Assembly: GCA_965657355.1 (NCBI GenBank)
Contig: CBFHOE010000002.1
Location: 64,001-128,000 of the forward strand
Direction of reading: 5' to 3'
DNA from: Limisphaerales bacterium
GTDB lineage: Bacteria; Verrucomicrobiota; Verrucomicrobiia; Limisphaerales; JAJOIW01
DNA: 64,000 nt
This document shows, piece after piece, positions 51,701 to 60,550 of the stretch (its first letter is position 1; each line of letters begins with the position of its first letter). The notes below the pieces were generated by a model that worked only from the letters and a program-made list of their open reading frames with translations, was not told the DNA's origin and did no database searches. Made by a program: the position numbers and the translations under genes.

Positions 51701-53718
51701 GAGACGGTCTCAAATATGAATGGTTCCTAAATGGTGTTGCTCTTGCCAACAGTAACTCCTCATCTTTCGATGTAGCTTCTGCGAATGAATCCGACCAAGG
51801 CACCTACCATGTTGTCGTTACTGATGAAAATGATAATTCAGCGTCAAGTGAACCCATTGTGGTTCTTATTAGTCCTACGCAAGGAGGATCATTTGTCTTC
51901 TGCAATGTTGGTTTTGACGGAGGAACAAGAAATGTTCCTGTCGAACACCCAGATTCAGGAGGAGTGACAGGGGCAAATTGGTTAGCCCAACCTTTTGTCG
52001 GAACAAATAAATACGATCTCAAACCTGTCGGGCCTGCAACACCGTTTTTCGATGGCGAAGCAGCTGGCCTTATCATTAAAAGCCCAAACCCAACCAGAAA
52101 GGCTTCTCACCTCGACCCGGGCGTCGAAGCTGTCTTCCAGATTCGTGTTTGGCAATCGGGGAAAGGAATTGATTTTGAATCTGCACTCGCTAATGGATCA
52201 GAATTCTTTGCTTCGAATATTTTCACAGAAGTTCTTGGCGGAGCGGGATCGCCTCCATCTATTCCCGTGGATATAGATGGTTTAGAGGAATTCTATTTTA
52301 ACGAAGGCCTTCCACCAGCTGAAGCTGTCATTCTTGAACAACCGAAGCATATTCTCATAAACGAAGGGGAAAAAACCACCCTAACTGTCGTTGCTGATGG
52401 CCCAGGCTTAAGTTACCAGTGGTACTTTAACGGGCATCCCATCGATGATGCAAATGGTCCTGAAATAGGATCAGAAATGGCTACATTAGATATGCAAGGC
52501 ACATATGATGTTGTCGTGAGTGATGAAAATGGTAATGAAGTTCTAAGTGAACCAGCCATCGTCAATATTCTACCACTTGCAAGAGGGGCGACGCTAAATA
52601 TCTGCAATATTGAAATTGGACCAGAAAGAAGACAAGTTCCAGTTGAGCATCCCGAAAACGGGCCACTAACTGGACGGGCTTGGCTGGCGCAACCATTCAT
52701 AGGAACATCACCGTTTGACCTCAAACCTGTCGGCCCCGCTGTTCCTTTTTATGGTGAAGGATCAATTGGCATCTACAGAAAAGAAATTACCCCAATTAGG
52801 ACATTCTCTCATATTACACCAGGGGATATTGCGACTGTTCAAATCAGGGTCTGGGAATCTGCTTTTGCGCCAGAATTCTTTGAAGCGATTGATAAAGGGT
52901 CTAACTATTTTGCATCGAACATTTTCGAGCAAAAAACAGGAGGGGCAGGATCACCTCCATCGTTTCCACCGACACTCGAGGGACTTCAAAAGTTCTCATT
53001 AAACGAGGGTCTACCAGATATTAATGTTTTTTGGCCGACGCCAGCAAACATTACATATGGAACCCCTCTCGGCGATGATCAATTAAATGCTCAAACAACA
53101 ACCCCAGGATCATTCGTATACAAACCTGCGGCAGGAACTATACTGAATGCTGGAGTACATAAATTGAAGGCTAAATTTACGCCTGACAGTGATGAATTCG
53201 AATCAATCGATATCAGCGTGAACATAACAGTTGAAAAAGCTGTTCCTCAGTTAGTTGGGAACCCAACAAGCAACTGGCCAACTGATACGCCATTGGATGC
53301 CTATCTCTTCTCAGGGATACAAGCCGACACGCCAGGTTCGTTTCAAGCACGACTCAATGGATCAACACAAATCCATTACGGAATCACAATGATTAGATCA
53401 GGGGCAAACAGCGTAGCTGCCACCTTTGTTCCTGATGATAGTGACAACTTCGCACAGGTTAACTTTAACTTTCAAATCACGGGACTCAAACCTAAGAAAG
53501 AAGAAGTTAGACCTAAGAACACTGAAGTAACAGAGGATTCCATCAAAATCGAATTACCAGTCGAACCAAATACTTATTATCAAATTGAAATGACAGAAGA
53601 CTTCATCAATTGGGAAGTGGTATTTGTTTCAAATGATGATGAATCTGCAGAGTTCAAAGCAGCCTTGGATGAAACCAAAGCTCAGGGATTCTTCAGAATC
53701 CGTTCTTATCAAAAATAA
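48730..53718 (+). CDS. Large secreted Ig-domain repeat protein (~1660 aa)
   Basis: Signal peptide; six Ig I-set-like domains (YQWYKNG...DSATYHV) alternating with six ~140-aa domains; two C-terminal beta-sandwich repeats (WPTPANITYGTPL...FTPD). Confidence 0.88.
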   Translation: MFERKNSLWGSIVFALMFALATPFVTESLYAGVTINTEPVSIEANAGDRVEFSVGATGTSLRYQWYKNGIRLNGKTSRRLILSSVDFDDSATYHVRIRDNRNDTEWSGPGILNVSTTSGGTINICNATLDSGSRRVAVSHPETGKLLNGREWFAQPYVGNDIENLAPTGAAVPFYESDIGTGIWFKTPNPIRKINGVAPGREVLVQFRVWEWGKGKTFEEALENDSDFFASNIFEYTTGGAGSPPSIAPSVNGLQEFFFNSGLPITEATILSQSTHKFYSEGETVLIEVEADGPGLTYNWYVNGMPSDVSDTGSILFENATAANSGTYQLEVVDENGKSAISEPIITVVLPFTGGTFNFCNIGLDSGQRNVPVIHPESGGVSGIEWLAQPYVGEDAYNMLPVGPPSPFFTGEAAGLIVKSPTPTRKATHVEPGTVATMQIRVWQSGKGGSFESAVENGSDFFASNIFEVALGGVGTPPSIPTNINALEEFFFNDGLPIEEATILGQSDHISILEGSPLELNVEAVGLGLSYQWFFNGSLIENSNSESYSIANSNESHSGTYHVIVTDENENTAVSSPIVAMVSPISGGSFIFCNVGLDGGTRNVPVVHPETGGVEGMEWLAQPWVGNNAYDLKPVGPATPFFNGEAAGLILKSPNPTRKASHIAPGTLATIQIRVWQARKGSDFESALENESDFFASNIFTKTLGGIGNPPSVPTFIDELEEFNFNGGLPSPEVSIVSQSSHQSLSEGQALNIEVEAVGPGLVYKWYFNGLPVNDATTGLISIPSVVEANQGTYQVFVTDENGKVAVSEPIIVIVNPSSGGTFNFCNIGLDGGQRNVPVTHEQMVISGTEWFAQPFVGNTTNDLEPVGPPVPFYTGDAAGLILKNPTPTRRAKNVEPGSVATIQIRVWRSGKGADFESALNNESDYFASNIFTATLGGAGNPPTFPVEINGLNKFFFNEGLPPEVAEIVNQPTHTSLTVGNPLSLVVDAKGDGLKYEWFLNGVALANSNSSSFDVASANESDQGTYHVVVTDENDNSASSEPIVVLISPTQGGSFVFCNVGFDGGTRNVPVEHPDSGGVTGANWLAQPFVGTNKYDLKPVGPATPFFDGEAAGLIIKSPNPTRKASHLDPGVEAVFQIRVWQSGKGIDFESALANGSEFFASNIFTEVLGGAGSPPSIPVDIDGLEEFYFNEGLPPAEAVILEQPKHILINEGEKTTLTVVADGPGLSYQWYFNGHPIDDANGPEIGSEMATLDMQGTYDVVVSDENGNEVLSEPAIVNILPLARGATLNICNIEIGPERRQVPVEHPENGPLTGRAWLAQPFIGTSPFDLKPVGPAVPFYGEGSIGIYRKEITPIRTFSHITPGDIATVQIRVWESAFAPEFFEAIDKGSNYFASNIFEQKTGGAGSPPSFPPTLEGLQKFSLNEGLPDINVFWPTPANITYGTPLGDDQLNAQTTTPGSFVYKPAAGTILNAGVHKLKAKFTPDSDEFESIDISVNITVEKAVPQLVGNPTSNWPTDTPLDAYLFSGIQADTPGSFQARLNGSTQIHYGITMIRSGANSVAATFVPDDSDNFAQVNFNFQITGLKPKKEEVRPKNTEVTEDSIKIELPVEPNTYYQIEMTEDFINWEVVFVSNDDESAEFKAALDETKAQGFFRIRSYQK
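49084..53020 (+). repeat. Intragenic tandem repeat, period 696-705 bp (~233 aa), six copies of the non-Ig domain
   Basis: Unit starts (GG[TS]xxxCN) at 49084, 49789, 50488, 51187, 51883, 52582. Confidence 0.92.
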
Positions 53719-53746
53719 TTTTGCTGAATAAGCAAAGCATGTCTTG

Positions 53747-53773
53747 AGGGGGCTTTAAAAGCCCCCTTTTTTT
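53747..53773 (+). terminator. Intrinsic terminator after the repeat protein gene
   Basis: AGGGGGCTTT-A-AAAGCCCCCT inverted repeat followed by a T run. Confidence 0.85.
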
Positions 53774-53789
53774 GTCTGATAGTTTGGGA

Positions 53790-54650
53790 TCACTTTGTGC
53801 GTCCCCACTGGAAAAGAAATTGTTGAGCATACCCTCTATTCACACCAAAATGCTGTTCAGCGAAAACTTGCATATTTTTCATCGAATGCGGCGCACTGAT
53901 ACCATATTGCTCAATAAGGACCCTCTTGATCCATGTATCGATCGGGAAAACATCATATTTACCAAATCCAAACAATAGGACACAGTCGGCTACTTTTGGC
54001 CCCACTCCGGGTAACTGCATAAGCTGATCCCTTGCGTCACTTGCAGTCATAGAATAGAGACTTGATAAATTTAATGACCCTGAGGCAATCGCTCGTGACG
54101 CCGCCAATAAATATGGCGCTCGGTATCCAAGCTTGAGATTTCTGAGTTGGCTTTCACTTTTTTCAGACAAAATTTCGGGGCTGGGAAACCCATATCTTCC
54201 CCCCACCCCTTCGAGCTGAGTTCCAAAATTAAAACATATCGCTTTTATCATTTGTCTGATGTGGGAAATTTGCTTGTTACTAGATAAAATGAAGGAGGCG
54301 AGAGTTTCCCAAGGGTCTTGATTCAAGAGGCGAAGTCCCTGACATGAATCCAACGACTCTTGCATGAAGGCATCATTCGGGAATGAGGCGAGAATGGAGT
54401 TATAATCCAATTTTGTATGAAAATAATCACGAGCCCAACCCCAATTCCCCGGATGGCATGCAGATTCAATGCATAGCGATACATCCCTTTGATAAACTCT
54501 AGTCCATCGCGAACCAATAGCTCCTTCCCAAGCAATACCGTCTTCATACAACACTTCCTCCCAACGGAATGCCTGACCAGAATTTAATGTGAGGCCAAGA
54601 TTGTATGACGCTATAGGTATCTCACATTTATGAAAAAATGGTTTAGTCAT
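53790..54650 (-). CDS. 8-oxoguanine DNA glycosylase (Ogg1-type HhH-GPD)
   Basis: TLNSGQAFRW N-domain, QDPWETLASFILS, LGYRA, LPGVGPKVADC (catalytic K), FPIDTW (catalytic D). Confidence 0.88.
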   Translation of the reverse strand: MTKPFFHKCEIPIASYNLGLTLNSGQAFRWEEVLYEDGIAWEGAIGSRWTRVYQRDVSLCIESACHPGNWGWARDYFHTKLDYNSILASFPNDAFMQESLDSCQGLRLLNQDPWETLASFILSSNKQISHIRQMIKAICFNFGTQLEGVGGRYGFPSPEILSEKSESQLRNLKLGYRAPYLLAASRAIASGSLNLSSLYSMTASDARDQLMQLPGVGPKVADCVLLFGFGKYDVFPIDTWIKRVLIEQYGISAPHSMKNMQVFAEQHFGVNRGYAQQFLFQWGRTK

Positions 54651-54709
54651 AAAGTGCTTCGATATTTATAAATCTTGAGGTCGTTTTGAAACAGAATAGA
54701 ATTGGCAAT

Positions 54710-55681
54710 GTGAAAATATTGGTTACAGGTGGCGCTGGTTATATCGGTTCAGCATGTGTTGAACTTCTTATAATGAATGGATATGAGGTTGCTGTTTTCG
54801 ATAATCTGACAGAGGGGCATGAGGAAGCAATACACCCCGAAGCAAGCTTCGTCAAAGGAGATTTAGCCGAAAAAGATAAAATCGACGCATGCCTTGATGA
54901 CCACCAACCAGATGCAATCATACACTTTGCAGCTTTTGCCCTTGTCGGTGAATCCATGAAAAACCCAGGAAAGTATTTCACCAACAACGTTGGAAATGCT
55001 CACAACTTGTTAGAATGTGCGACAAAGCGCGGCATTAAAAAATTCGTCTTTAGTTCAACTTGCGCAACATATGGAGTCCCTGAAAGCATGCCCATGCATG
55101 AGGGGCTCAACCAAAAACCAATTAACCCTTACGGAGAATCGAAATTAATGTTCGAAAAAATACTCCATTGGTATCAAATAACCTACAATATCGAACCGGT
55201 TATTTTTAGATATTTTAATGCAGCTGGAGCCACAAAACGTTTCGGAGAACATCATAAAATCGAAACACACCTGATTCCCAATGTTCTTAAAGTTGCCCTG
55301 GGGCAATCCGAAGGATGTCAGGTTTTTGGCGAGGATTATCCGACTCCAGATGGCACCTGTATCAGAGATTATATACATATCACTGATTTGGCGGATGCTC
55401 ATATACGAGCCCTAAAACCTGGGATTTCAGGAGCATTCAATTTGGGTAATGGGGATGGGTATTCTGTAAGGCAGGTCATTGACACTTGCAGGAAAGTCAC
55501 CGGAAAGGAAATCCCGTTTAAATCACTTGATAGGCGACCAGGCGATCCTCCTATACTTGTTGCCAATGCGACGAAAGCGAAAGAGGTTCTTGGTTGGAGC
55601 CCTCAATTCGCAAGCCTTGAAGATATAATTCAATCAGCATGGAATTGGCATTCCAAAAATCCAAATGGATATTTGAAATAA
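54710..55681 (+). CDS. galE: UDP-glucose 4-epimerase
   Basis: VTGGAGYIGS, HFAA, SSTCATYG, YGESK, RYFNAAG, DGTCIRDYIH; GTG start at 54710. Confidence 0.95.
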   Translation: MKILVTGGAGYIGSACVELLIMNGYEVAVFDNLTEGHEEAIHPEASFVKGDLAEKDKIDACLDDHQPDAIIHFAAFALVGESMKNPGKYFTNNVGNAHNLLECATKRGIKKFVFSSTCATYGVPESMPMHEGLNQKPINPYGESKLMFEKILHWYQITYNIEPVIFRYFNAAGATKRFGEHHKIETHLIPNVLKVALGQSEGCQVFGEDYPTPDGTCIRDYIHITDLADAHIRALKPGISGAFNLGNGDGYSVRQVIDTCRKVTGKEIPFKSLDRRPGDPPILVANATKAKEVLGWSPQFASLEDIIQSAWNWHSKNPNGYLK

Positions 55682-55689
55682 TTCGAAGT

Positions 55690-57180
55690 TTAAAAGCTAC
55701 AGATTATTGAGACTCGATCTAGTCCGGGCAGGACCTTTTTATGAGCCACAATTTTCCCAGAAAGAAATTGGAATTTTCTGGATAATGATTGCGAAAGCTC
55801 ATGTATGTATTGCTCAAGAAGCTTCCAAGACCTCGTTTTTGAATAATCTAAAATATGCTGCTCAACCTCTGCGTAATTTATAGTGGAGGATATATCGTCT
55901 GTCTTGATAGCTGTGCCCGCATTAAACTGAAATTCAAGGTCTATTTTAAGAAGCTGGGGAATTTCTCTCTCCCAATCAGGAACGCCAATGCTGACACTCA
56001 CTTCGATACCGGTTAATTTAATGGTTTGTATGAGATGATTTTGCCTACTACATGCTGTGTTTTTTTTGACTTCTTCCAAGAGTTTACGAGTAGGAAAGTT
56101 TAGTTTGAGAAGAAGAGCCTCTTCCAAGGAAACCCATTTGTGATCCTGAGCCTCATCATTTAAAACGACGTCTTCTTTTCCTGATACCTCAGCTGTGTAA
56201 TTTAAGAGAAGAAAGTGGGCTGGTTTATAAAATTCAGTGCTTTGAATACAGTCCTGAACAAAGACAAAATGAATATTCGTAATTTCTAATTGTGTTTCTT
56301 CTTTTATTTCCCTTATCAGCGCCTCTTCTGATGGTTCGTTTAACTCGATCTTGCCTCCAGGTATTCCCCATAAATCCGACCATTTGTGCGTCTGAACCAT
56401 AAGAACGTTTCCTAGTGAGTTAAAAATTAAGGCACCCACGGTAGCAATCGGCCTCGCTAAAGGAGATTGATTTGGCAATGACTTTTCGTCCGAGCTCCCA
56501 AAGGATTCTTGAGGTGAAATTTTATTCTCCTGGTGCATTTTTAAAGTAAACTTATTGTCTTTCAATACTCCACTCAATTCATTGAGGTTTTCAACGATTA
56601 TATCCGGGTCACATTTCCGAAGTTGTTCCAACCCATTGTAACCAGTCAAGACAGCGCAGGACAACACACCGCCTGATTTTGCAGCTTGAATGTCATGCTC
56701 CATATCTCCAATAAAAAGAGTCTCACTTCCATCTAGTTCATTATGGGTCAGCAGATGATGAATTCTTTTGACCTTATTATCTATTTCGATAAAGGGAGCA
56801 TCAATTAAGTGCATAAAACCACATCGTTCTGACTGGAGTTCAAATTGCTTGGAATGAATAGCGCTAAAAATATAAGTTCTGCAGCTTTCACTCTTAACAA
56901 ATTCAAGAAAGCGTTTTGATTGTGGCAAAGGCTCAACCAAATGTTCAACAGTCGGAAAATAATCATGCCACCATGATTCCAGCTCACTTAAATTTTTTTC
57001 CGGCACGTATGCCTTGTAAAATTCAGAAAATGGTAAAATAAATTTTTCCCTAAACTGGTCTAAGGACATCTCCTTTTTTCCCGCCCGGCTAAGAATATGA
57101 TTTGTTGTACGCCAAACAGCAGGCAAGTCATCGACAAGTGTTCCAGACCAGTCAAAAATAATATTCCTAATCTTCTTCAT
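55690..57180 (-). CDS. folB: Trifunctional HAD phosphatase / Nudix hydrolase / dihydroneopterin aldolase (FolB) fusion
   Basis: HAD (FDWSGTL, IGDMEHD) at ~57180-56545; Nudix box GKIELNEPSEEALIREIKEETQL in ~56454-56065; FolB (IGVPDWERE, TDDISSTINY, KLLE, HKK) at 56031-55690; one uninterrupted frame. Confidence 0.88.
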   Translation of the reverse strand: MKKIRNIIFDWSGTLVDDLPAVWRTTNHILSRAGKKEMSLDQFREKFILPFSEFYKAYVPEKNLSELESWWHDYFPTVEHLVEPLPQSKRFLEFVKSESCRTYIFSAIHSKQFELQSERCGFMHLIDAPFIEIDNKVKRIHHLLTHNELDGSETLFIGDMEHDIQAAKSGGVLSCAVLTGYNGLEQLRKCDPDIIVENLNELSGVLKDNKFTLKMHQENKISPQESFGSSDEKSLPNQSPLARPIATVGALIFNSLGNVLMVQTHKWSDLWGIPGGKIELNEPSEEALIREIKEETQLEITNIHFVFVQDCIQSTEFYKPAHFLLLNYTAEVSGKEDVVLNDEAQDHKWVSLEEALLLKLNFPTRKLLEEVKKNTACSRQNHLIQTIKLTGIEVSVSIGVPDWEREIPQLLKIDLEFQFNAGTAIKTDDISSTINYAEVEQHILDYSKTRSWKLLEQYIHELSQSLSRKFQFLSGKIVAHKKVLPGLDRVSIICSF

Positions 57181-57218
57181 CTCTTTTGCAATCAACCAGA
57201 TCACAGAACTATGAATAG

Positions 57219-57243
57219 AAAAAAGCCGGTGTCAAACCGGCTT
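57219..57243 (-). terminator. Intrinsic terminator after the transketolase-like gene
   Basis: AAGCCGGT-5 nt-ACCGGCTT stem with a U tail on the minus strand. Confidence 0.75.
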
Positions 57244-57274
57244 CACACATTATTTAGGCTTATTGATGTAAGAA

Positions 57275-59326
57275 TTAGCCTAATAATTCTTTTGCGGCTG
57301 CCACAATGCTAGGCGCCGACATGCCGTGTCTATCATACAACTGAGCTGCTTTGTAGGCAGATTGACCGAAGCCACCATTCATACCAAGTGATTTTATTGA
57401 ATGAGAGATCCCAGCCTGAGAGAGCGCATGAGAAAGCTGTGCTCCCATACCGCATACTACTTGGTGGTCCTCAACGGTTACCAACTTACCTCCGGATGCC
57501 TTCACGGCATCACCAATAACCTCAATGTCTGGGCTATTTATGAAAGGACTATTTATCACTGTGGCACTAACTCCTTCTTCAGCTAATTTTTCTGCAGCAA
57601 TAACTGCTTGGCTAAATAAAGTTCCAACTCCAACAAGAACGACGTCAGACCCTTTTCTGACAACTTGCGCTTTACCCCAAGCATAATCAGCTCCATCAAT
57701 CCAATGCTGAGGATAATTTTCCCGACCGACGAAGAATATATATGATTCCCCATCTTTACCATTAGATCTGTCATCATTAAAACGCTTTATAGCTTGATAC
57801 ATAAGAGACTCAGCCTCTCCAGAGCATGAGGGCATTATCAAGTTAGTATGCGGAATGGCACTGAGTGCCGCCAAATAAGTCGTCGCTTGGTGTGAAGCAC
57901 CATCAGCTGCATCCTGAAATCCGATATGAGAAAATACAGCTATTACCGGAGCTTGAGACAAGGCTGCCATGGTTAGTGGGAGGTTTCCTTTTGTCACCCC
58001 AAACTGAGCGAAAGTATCAACGATCGGAATAAATCCCACTTTGGAATAACCGGCACCTACGCTGACCATATTTGATTCAGCAATCCCCATATCAATGTGC
58101 CGTCCTGGGATTGATTTTTGAAATCCGGCCATGCCGGTAGATCCTGCCAGGTCGCTTGAAATACTAAACACAGGCAACCCTTCCTGAGCAGCCTTAATGG
58201 CAGCTCGCGCCAATCCTGCTTGGACTTTTTCTTTTTTCGGTCCGGAAGCGGCTGGAGCATTGGCCTTTTCAGCCTGTGCTTTTTCAGCCAAAGCCTTTAA
58301 CTCGTTCGCCCAAGCTTGAAATTCTTCCGGCACATTACCGCCAAAAATTTCGTTCATCCAATCCGGCATTTTCTGGCCGTCAGCGAGGGGAAATCCATGA
58401 CCGCCAGCACTGTGGTCAATCGTAGATTGAATACCATAGCCTTTGATGGTTTTAACCCACAAACAAACTGGTTTTGATGGATTAGCTTTTGCCTGGGCAA
58501 TAGCATCTTCGATCGCAGTAAAGACACCCTGAATGTCATGACCATCTTCGACCTTAATGACATTCCATCCCAAATCGTCCATTGCCTCAAATGACGGCTG
58601 CATACTGAACGAGTCTTTTGTTATTCTTCCAGACAATTTTGTATCATTGTCAGAAAGAATGAGAACGAAAGGATTGAGTAGATTTTTGGCTGCCAAGCCA
58701 GGTATGGAAGCAAAGGCCTCTTTAGCTTCGCCTTCCATCGATGCGCCATCGGAAGCAACAACTAAAGTTGTTCGGTCATTGCCTGCATTCCTGTCAGCCA
58801 TGGCAAGACCTTCAGCTTGGGGAATGGAGGAACTTAAAGGACCATTTGATAAGAGAACGCCCTCGGGATTTAAATGTGATTCGCCATGTCCTGTAAGCTT
58901 GCTCTCTATACTTCTAAATTTTCTAAGATCGGTGAATTCAAGACCATCAAAACCCAGATTGGCACGAAGAGCGTAGACTCCATTCTCTGCGTGACCAGCG
59001 TCGTTAATATAATTATACGCATCATGCCATGATCGATCCTTTGCGGAAAACATGATTCCATGTATGGCTGAGTTAATTTCAGCAAAGGCTGCAGGACCGC
59101 CCCAGTGGCAGGCGGCACCACCAACGACCGCATGAACATCCATTAATGCGACTAAGGCTCGAGTGACATTTGGATCCCCAACCTCTATGGATTCACCAGA
59201 GGACGTTTTGACTGTCACAGCATACTTAGGTGCCTCTTTTGGCGCTGGTGAAAGCTTTGAGGTCATTGATATTGGTTTTAGAGGCGGTGCCTCCACGACA
59301 TTAGCAGGGGTTGTATCAGCTCCCAT
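57275..59326 (-). CDS. Divergent transketolase-family ThDP enzyme
   Basis: ACHWGG, DAGHA, LTGHGE, SDGASMEG...DN (ThDP motif), GHG, GIAESNM, DGASHQ, TVEDH. Confidence 0.85.
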   Translation of the reverse strand: MGADTTPANVVEAPPLKPISMTSKLSPAPKEAPKYAVTVKTSSGESIEVGDPNVTRALVALMDVHAVVGGAACHWGGPAAFAEINSAIHGIMFSAKDRSWHDAYNYINDAGHAENGVYALRANLGFDGLEFTDLRKFRSIESKLTGHGESHLNPEGVLLSNGPLSSSIPQAEGLAMADRNAGNDRTTLVVASDGASMEGEAKEAFASIPGLAAKNLLNPFVLILSDNDTKLSGRITKDSFSMQPSFEAMDDLGWNVIKVEDGHDIQGVFTAIEDAIAQAKANPSKPVCLWVKTIKGYGIQSTIDHSAGGHGFPLADGQKMPDWMNEIFGGNVPEEFQAWANELKALAEKAQAEKANAPAASGPKKEKVQAGLARAAIKAAQEGLPVFSISSDLAGSTGMAGFQKSIPGRHIDMGIAESNMVSVGAGYSKVGFIPIVDTFAQFGVTKGNLPLTMAALSQAPVIAVFSHIGFQDAADGASHQATTYLAALSAIPHTNLIMPSCSGEAESLMYQAIKRFNDDRSNGKDGESYIFFVGRENYPQHWIDGADYAWGKAQVVRKGSDVVLVGVGTLFSQAVIAAEKLAEEGVSATVINSPFINSPDIEVIGDAVKASGGKLVTVEDHQVVCGMGAQLSHALSQAGISHSIKSLGMNGGFGQSAYKAAQLYDRHGMSAPSIVAAAKELLG

Positions 59327-59484
59327 AATTCAGTTCTTCTCTTCGTTTATTTTGTTATTAAATCTTTCTTTACCCTAATCCAGCTAGCGAATGTGAGCTC
59401 ACAGCAAAGAAATGTGAAGCCTCTTTCGCGAAATTTTGCAATATTTTTTCAGATTTCACAGATTTAAGGACAAATTGGCACAAA

Positions 59485-60369
59485 TCAGTGATCTCGAGAT
59501 AATAGAAATTGGGCTAATCCTTCGAGATATTCGGATTTCCCTTTAAAAATAGCCAAGCTTTCAAAAGCCTCGCGAGTCAAGCGCTCTGCATATCTCCTAG
59601 ATTTTTCCAACCCCATCAATGCTGGATATGTCGATTTCCCAGAGTTTTCATCTTTGCCGGCTGTTTTACCGAGCTTCTCGGTGGTTTGGGTGACATCAAG
59701 AATGTCGTCGATGACTTGAAATGCCAGCCCTACTTTGTAACCAAAAGTAGTCAATGCATCCAATTGAGAGGGGGTCGCATTGGCGGCCATACCACCCAGC
59801 CTGGCACTGCACCTCAACAGGGCACTTGTCTTTCGCTCGTGGATAAATTTGAGATCAGAAACCTTGAGATTCTTCGAATTTTCTCCCTCCAAGTCAGCAA
59901 CCTGGCCCGCTATAAGTTGCTTTGATCCTGAAGCTTGGGCAAGCTCATTGACAAAATCCTTGTGCTTGTAGCGTCTAGTGGCATCGGCTTCCAGAAGCAT
60001 TTCAAAAGCTATGGTCAAAAGAGCATCGCCAGTTAACACGGCAATACCCTCGCCATATTTCTTATGGTTTGTCGGTCTTCCTCTGCGAAAATCGTCATCA
60101 TCCATGCAAGGAAGGTCGTCATGTATCAAAGAATAGGTGTGAATACATTCCACGGCGCAGGCGAATGGAAGTGATTTTTCTTTCTGGCCACCACAGGCAA
60201 GGCATGAGGCGACGACGACTGCAGGCCTTATTCTTTTCCCCCCGGCAAATATTGAATACCGCATTGACTCATGGATCGTGGAAGGCTTTGTGCGCGCTCT
60301 CGGAATCATTTGATTCAGTGCGCGATCCACAAGGTTTGCCGTATCTGCTAAAAATTCTCGAGTCTCCAT
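59485..60369 (-). CDS. ispA: Farnesyl/geranylgeranyl diphosphate synthase
   Basis: GGKRIRP, HDDLPCMDDDDFRRG, FQVIDDILD, GKTAGKD. Confidence 0.94.
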   Translation of the reverse strand: METREFLADTANLVDRALNQMIPRARTKPSTIHESMRYSIFAGGKRIRPAVVVASCLACGGQKEKSLPFACAVECIHTYSLIHDDLPCMDDDDFRRGRPTNHKKYGEGIAVLTGDALLTIAFEMLLEADATRRYKHKDFVNELAQASGSKQLIAGQVADLEGENSKNLKVSDLKFIHERKTSALLRCSARLGGMAANATPSQLDALTTFGYKVGLAFQVIDDILDVTQTTEKLGKTAGKDENSGKSTYPALMGLEKSRRYAERLTREAFESLAIFKGKSEYLEGLAQFLLSRDH

Positions 60370-60550
60370 TAAAATATCAAACTAATCGGACCAATGCCAA
60401 TTTTGGTCCTATTCCCCGTAAAAATGCAAATTCAATATGGTGAATTATGAATGTCAAAGAAATTCTCAAAAAATGATTGCAAATTATCTAACTATTCTTC
60501 ATCAATGTAGCCCGCCCGAATTTGGCTGGATCATTTAACATTTTTGTCAC

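Noticed and set aside
49084..53020. Regularly spaced repeats as a CRISPR array or mobile element
   Set aside because: The period is about 700 bp, in frame and diverged at synonymous sites; no cas, transposase or integrase genes are in the window.
59392..59403. Perfect palindrome TGTGAGCTCACA upstream of the transketolase-like gene
   Set aside because: A dozen or more 12-bp palindromes are expected by chance in 64 kb; there is no second copy or nearby regulator.
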